Positions 52,614 through 64,000 of a stretch of 64,000 bases of DNA are shown here, one piece after another. The DNA is from Ramazzottius varieornatus (lineage: Eukaryota > Animalia > Tardigrada). Position 1 is the first letter of the stretch. Each line of letters starts with the position of its first letter. Below the pieces are notes generated by a model, which worked only from the letters and a program-made list of their open reading frames with translations, made no database searches and was not told the origin of the DNA. The translations under genes were made by a program, and so were the position numbers. The stretch covers positions 4,461,092-4,525,091 of the forward strand of contig BDGG01000003.1 of assembly GCA_001949185.1 (NCBI GenBank), written 5' to 3'.

Positions 52614-53444
52614 CGTGCACCGTCGAGACGCTGGTCGCTCTCAGCCACTTCTCGCGATTCTGCTAGTCATAGGAATGGCACGACTCAAGATTACTTTACA
52701 CATATTCCACAGAGAGCCCATTCATCCTGAAGCAAAAGCTGCTAAGTTCTTAGCCCAAACGATAGTTTCAAAAGGCATTCAGCAACTGCCACGATAGGAC
52801 GAACACTTCCTGGTTGGAAAACGAGTACGATATTTCTAGACCGGAAGTCGCAAACTGAATCGGATCTATTCGGGCAAATGAGTTGAGTATCATTAACCGC
52901 AGTGCCCAGCTGGTATAAAGTGTACAACAGGATACTTTTCAATAATGAGGCACCAAAAGAATTACTCCTGACAGGGAAAATGACACAAGAACCATAAGAG
53001 GATTCTTTCGTACGAATGCAAGTACTCATGAGGGCTTCTGGTGGAGCTGTTTGGCGTAGGCCAGAAATAACAACAATCTACACTCCGCTGGCTGGTCGCT
53101 GATCTCCGTGTTTTCAGTCACGACAAAATAACCATTTGACAATTGATAAGCCTACCAGACTAAGTCTAAACTGATGAGGACTTTTCTTAGTAATTTAATA
53201 ACCAGTGTGTGGGCAGCTGCAACAAGTCAAGACCCTCTTTTGGGTTTTTGCGGAGAGAATTCGCTGCCATCAACCAATACTATCTTTAGAAGCAGTTAGC
53301 AGACTAGTATCAGCCCCAAGATACAAAGTTCTGTCAACACTGCCACATTTACTGAGAAGTTGACACGTCTCGACATTCACCTCGCAGTTTATGATAGCTT
53401 GTCCATCCGCCCGTCATTCAGACGTCATGACTTGGGCCAGTCCC

Positions 53445-54067
53445 TCATATGCAATACCCGGGAAAATCAACCACCAGACCTGCCGGAGAAATCTCGTGAA
53501 CTTCACATCGGAACTTATCTCGAGCAAGCAACGACTGAGACGTCGGCAAATGAGCAGAACCCGGTCGTTATCTCAAAGTGGCGCACGTTTCCGTTGTTAC
53601 CCAACGACCCTTGGGACAGAATCAGGTTCAATTCGTTTTGCCCAGGTCCCAATTGCTGCGTAGAAGTCTGACTTACTTGGGTCGTTGTGTTCTTTCTGGC
53701 ACTTAAATAAGCAATCGTTACTACAAATAGAAAATCACACCAGATAATTCGTCTGTACCTGGCCATCATCAGAGAAGGGAATCGAATGAAGGAACATACC
53801 TGTAAGTTCGGCTGTCATTAGCGCAGACTGGCGCTAGTATTTTTGGGCACGGGCAATTGCTGTAGACCTCCTTCCTGACTGCGCTAACAGCAGCAGAACT
53901 ATGCTGAAATAAGCACGTCGCAAGAAGGAGAATCGCCAGGACGGCCACCCCTGAAAGAAAAACAGCAATAACCGAACTTCCGGGTTCCAACTACACTGAA
54001 GAATAATATGGTCACTGCCTCGCTAGCCTTCTCACTTACTTGATAATGTCCACATTGTGTTCCGCAT
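53445..54067 (-). CDS. Secreted single-domain Kazal-type protease inhibitor
   Basis: Four exons give a signal peptide plus [44 protein letters not shown] (six-Cys Kazal pattern). Confidence 0.9.
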
Positions 54068-55128
54068 GATCCGATTCCCTAGTAGGTAGTACCTCAGGCA
54101 GATCCAGCCACCAGCTCAGCCGTAACGACTGTCTCGTCCGATAATGAAGGTCTTAACTCTGAAGGTAGTTCAAATGTATACAGGAGTCAAAACGTTGGAA
54201 CCGTGGGAGGGGAGAGGTTTAGAAATTTTTATGCTACGGTTCACATGTTGCTTCGATACATTGCTGCTTTCAAAATATTCAAGGACCTATACAAGGATAA
54301 AACTCGAACTACCATCAGATGGGACCTTGGCAAACAGATTCAGCAGGTCCGCTTTCTTAAGTGGCGCACGTTTCCAGTGTTACTGGCTGTAGGTGAGCGC
54401 CACTGGGGAAAACAATTTTGTCGACTTCGCTTGCCGAGGTTCGAAACTATGAAATCCTCGTAACGAGTTTAACACCTTGAGCACTGCGCGATTTCATGCT
54501 TTCAGAATACGATTCGGGAAAATCACTTTCGCCTTGCTTTTACTGGTTAAAACTTGGGGGCGGTGCCAAATTAGACCAATCACCACCTCATCGATTGGCC
54601 AAAATTTTGGAATATAATGTAGAGTGCGCCACCTGCCAACTCAAAACGGCCACGCTTCAAGTTTTTTTAATGACCACTGGGCAGATCTTTCCACGAATCT
54701 GAAACTGTCGCAAGATACTAAAATGTTTGGGCTCGCGCAACAATTATTTTGGTGACTCTGGACTAACTGAGAGCCTGGCTGGAAAGTAATTTGCTGGCTA
54801 CGCCGAAATCCCGTTAAGAAAGGAAAAAAATTCCACACAGGTTTGCACAGCCAGTGTTCAGTAGCCGCTAGTTTTAGTTTCAAGAAGAGTTGATTATCCG
54901 GGCAAACGGAAAAAGAACGGGGAGCAAAAGGTAAACTGGAAACTCGCTACGCCAAATGAGTGTGCGCCGGGAAAGTGAGTTCCCCGCCCCTTCCTCAAGG
55001 TGTTAATCAGACCAATGGAGTGATCAGGGATCCTGATGAAACTTTTCTAATAAGGAAAGCAGAACCAGCTACGAAAGAGCTTGTAACAGAAAGACCCACG
55101 TACTTGAAAATAAACGACTTCTCGCTCG

Positions 55129-56276
55129 TTAGATATCCTTTTCCTTTTTGCTTTTCTCTCTCATTTCACCAGTAGATTTCTGGAAGCTCTGCCAGATCGA
55201 ATCTCCGTAAACCCCAACCAGGTAAGCAGCGATCACCGGGCCCAGGAAGTACACGGCGAAAAACTCCCATTTATCATGTCCGTGGCAGTTGTACTGCATC
55301 GAGAAGGCCAAGGAAGGGTTGAAGTACCCACCCGTATATTTGTACCCTGTGCAATAATACGAAATAGTTAAGAATTCTTCAGGGATAAAGCCATTGTGAG
55401 TGTCAACATGTGGGAACTTACCAGCATATGTACATGCAGCAGCCGCGATGCCGGTCCATACACTTCCCAAAGGCAGTTGCTTCTCTCCGTGATGCACGAG
55501 CCGGTAAATGAACGTCACAGCGAACTCTATCAGGATAGCAGCAACGATATTCACCTGCGAAAAAGAACCAAAAAAATTAGATCAGAATAACTGAGACTTA
55601 AGGCAAACAAACTCGACACGATGATTTTCGAGTGGCGCACTCTTCCGGTTAATAATAATACAAACGTGCGTCACATGCGAGAAGCAGCACTGAATATGTG
55701 CACCACTTGGGAAAACGATCAAGTAGAGCTTGTCAGCTTATTTGCAGAGTTCTTGGTTGTTAAATCATGTTCGATAGGAAGGAGCGGGCGTACAGCGATG
55801 TGGGACGAGTATGTGTCGGTCGTCATCAGCTTCTGCTGATGATACACTCCACAGAAATTGAGCCCCCACAGGAACTGCACAAACTTATAAGCAGACCAAG
55901 CCGCGGACATCTGAAGGGCAATTTGAATCCCCAGTTCCATGTCCGTCATGTTTCGCTTGGATGAGAACTGATGAACAGCTCCGGCAGGGTTCGTGGAGAT
56001 GTTCGAGCGGAACAGCTTGCCAAATAAAACGGTGGTAGCGAATATGGCAAAGTAGTAGGCCGCATCTCCATACGCTCGTTTCAGGATACCATTCTCATGG
56101 CTAATGATGATCGTCTGCATCACACACAGGAAATCCTCTACGAACCTGCCAATGCGTCCTTTGGGAAGAAGCTTTTGGGCTAGACGAACGAAGAGAGTGC
56201 TAAGGACAACCTCCAACAGGTAGAAAATCCATGGCGGGATGATGCCGCTCGACGGCATCTGGCCCACGCTGCCCAT
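55129..56276 (-). CDS. Unorthodox aquaporin (AQP11/12-like)
   Basis: HENG, TNPA, IEFAVTF, TGGYFNPSLAFSMQYNC (Cys after the second NPA box typical of superaquaporins), YFLGP. Three exons. Confidence 0.88.
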
Positions 56277-56786
56277 ACTGATGGATCTTTGGAAGAATCT
56301 TGGAAAGAGAAAACAAGATATTTCTCCTAGTCAACTATAGTGCTATAGTCTTCGCTGCACTGGACCATGGCCGCAACCGGAAATGGCTAAACAGAAATTC
56401 GGAGCCGGAAAACCAAAACATACTTACCTTTGGCCCTGAATACCTCTGCTCTCAGGGGCGACTTGATGCTGATAAATCAAGTGGTGTTCTAATCAATCAT
56501 TTCTGACTGCGTCAAGATTTGACCCCCGTGGGTATTTCCTTGAAGCACTGACGGCCCTCGGGGCGAAGAAGATACTCGAATTTGTGATAGATCTTCGGCA
56601 TTCTTCGCGACCGATTTCGAATCTTCCGTTTTTCTGGAAGACAGATGTGCCTCTAATGTGGAATATTTTAATTTCGGTCCCCTGCTGAGGTTTCTGTCAG
56701 TTCTTACGCTTTGTCTCGTAGGTCCCGTGAGCACATTTGTGCCTTGTGGACCAGGGAGTACAGTGGTAGAGCAGCCGAACGTCGAG

Positions 56787-61781
<4,995 letters not shown>

Positions 61782-62299
61782 GTGAAGTTTCAAGGTAGGG
61801 ACCGAACGTTTGAACTGAGATTTCCTGGAGGCCTTTTTACTTTACGGAAACAGATGATTGGATCGGATGGTTTCCTCAATTCAAGTTTTTTCATAATTAT
61901 ATGAAATATCTTCATCTTTAGTTTTTCCAATTTAAGCAATGCGCATCTTTATTTCCGCGGTTCTTTAAACCGCGCAGTGTATATGGTTTGATTGTTGAAA
62001 AATCGGATCTCTTTTGGTTAGGCTGGGATTGAAGTGTTTATGACCGAAAATCTTGATGTATGGCTTCAGATCGGTTCTAGCCCGCTCCAATAATCTAGCT
62101 TCCAGGGGACTGCGCTTCTTAGGTGTTCTCGTGGTGTGGTTGTCAATGAAACCGTTCATCGGGCCCAGCGGTAGCATGCGGTTCATGCAGTGCGTGTCAG
62201 TTAGGCGTGCATGGCACGATTTTGCTTATGCGACCGTTATGTACTGTAGTGAGAAGGGGACGTTTATGATTTCCTGGACTGTTACCACTTTTGTGAACG

Positions 62300-63716
62300 A
62301 TGGCGGTCGCACTGACCGCGCAAAAGAGTCGGTTGTCACAACGCAGTCGGAAGAGTGCCAGTAAGTTCCGACCTGTTGAAAAGACATGGATGGAAGGCTG
62401 TGGTGAGGTATTCAAGCTCGACGATCCCGACCAGTGGCAGCCGCCCGATGGCGCTACCGTTGTGGCTCCACCTCATATCGAGAAGACCATACGACATAAG
62501 AAACATCGGCCCACAGCAGGCAAGAATACTCATGAAATACACCCTCATCAGCTGTGGTTTTTCCTGAATGCTTTTCCATTGAATTTCTTGGTAGGGAGAA
62601 AGAATATGTCGGCACCGCCAGCCGGGAGTTTGCCCGCGGCAGTGCAGAGTGAAATTCAGGTTCGGCAGGATTTCTACAAGCTCCTGGACAAGAAGAACCT
62701 GACGCATGTTGGTCGTTCGCATATTGGCGACTACCTATGGAACGAGCACTTTGAGCACAAGATGGGTGGAACGAGGAAGTTTCTGGGAGACCGAAAGAAA
62801 GGGTGGTTTGTGCTGAAGCGAATATATAATTTGGACGTGTACGAATGCATGGCGGAATACATTGTCCCTTTTGAGAACTTCGAATTTTATTCTGCCTTCG
62901 AGGTCTTGCTGTCGCATCTACATAACTCCCAGTTGGTCATTCGCATGACAGCCCAGGGTACGAAAAACATCAATGTGTAAATCTTCTAAATTTACAAGCC
63001 TTACCAGCTTTTTCTCCACTATAAAAGAGTTACGGAATGGAACTAGGGAAAGAATCTCTAAAAGATAGTTTTCAAATACTTTGGAAATGTGCGCCACGTG
63101 AGAAAGCGATCTTGTCGAGTTGCCTACCCAAATGGCGCACATTTCCAGTCCATGACACTGATAATGTGTGCCACTTGGAAAGGCTCTCTTGTCGAGTTTT
63201 TTTTCCGAGCTCCCAGATTATCTTCGCAATATTTTCAGCTTTTTGTTGTTCCTTTTACAGTTTCACATTTTTCTAGATGAATGCGTGGAGTTTTGGTCAC
63301 GAAAGTTCGCCAAGAAGCTCCAAAGTCTCATCCACTACCGCCCCAGCACCTTCCACACCGTGGTGATCCCCATGATAGTTAAGCCTGTATCACAAGAAGT
63401 GGCACTTCGTATGATTCACGAAGAATGGAACCGCATAGCCTGCTTAGCCTCCCTCGTAATCCCTCCGGCGTCTATTTACGCTCGCTGCGTAAACCGATGG
63501 ATCATTCCTCTGGCCGAACCTCCCCATGAAGGGCCTGACGGTGTGATGAGGAAATCCGAGAACCGCCAAGTACGCCTCGACATGGGTTTCCTCATGTCCC
63601 AAAGGCGAAAGTTCGCTTTGAAGGCTAGAGAAAAAGCTGCGGCTGTGGAACGAAGCAAGACTGCCGTCGATAGTTACTACAAGGTCGAGCGAAGGAAACA
63701 TCCGGGTAGAAGGTAA
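62300..63716 (+). CDS. Uncharacterised basic protein
   Basis: Exons about 62300-62519, 62595-62957, 63277-63716 join in phase. No family recognised. Confidence 0.65.
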
Positions 63717-63789
63717 GAGTCTGTCGACTTTCGAGCACGTGCATACACTGGTGTGAAATTAAAGTGATCTAGATAGATGCATGCAGGTG

Positions 63790-64000
63790 AATGACAGAAA
63801 GGCACTTTTACCGCCCTCTGCGATTTTTCCTCTCGCACGGGATTTCCCTTTTTGATGAGGTGGTGTTCTTTGCCGTAGGTTGTCGGATCATAGAAGGTTG
63901 ATACCTTTCGGTACAGCGTCAGCAGGGAAGATGCGGTCGTCGGCTGGGGCCGGAACCGCCAGGTCTTCGCTGGCTGTTTCAAATAAGGTTCGTTCGGGAC
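63790..64000 (-). CDS. Possible 3' part of a convergent gene running off the window
   Basis: Open frame from the window edge (VPNEPYLKQPAKTWRF...). No motif recognised. Confidence 0.3.

Overview
Compact, intron-rich invertebrate genomic DNA. A tardigrade such as Ramazzottius is my inference from the roughly balanced GC, short introns, dense gene packing and a P2X gene; it is not proven. Two gene-dense blocks (about 0.3-15.7 kb and 28.8-64 kb) flank a transposon-rich island (about 16.8-28.2 kb). Recognisable genes: a Gly/Tyr-rich secreted protein, a 4-TM LAPTM-like protein, a RasD/Ras-dva-like GTPase, a GON4L-like gene, MRPS7, holocarboxylase synthetase, a neuromedin-U/pyrokinin/CAPA-type GPCR, CCDC25, a disrupted P2X receptor, a Kazal inhibitor, an AQP11/12-type aquaporin and ISWI. 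The most striking feature is a 7-exon gene at 368-4435 (-). It encodes a single-pass receptor with a signal peptide, a bacterial-type PstS phosphate-binding ectodomain that retains its phosphate ligands, a TM helix, a kinase-homology domain, a coiled coil and a catalytically degenerate guanylyl-cyclase domain, making it a candidate extracellular phosphate receptor. Also notable: about 40-45 copies of a palindromic element (CAAGTGGCGCAC-N25-GTGCGCCACTTG) concentrated in introns, a P2X locus with two in-frame TGA codons at conserved Cys positions, and several candidate GC-AG introns. Exon boundaries were read by eye and may be off by a few bases.
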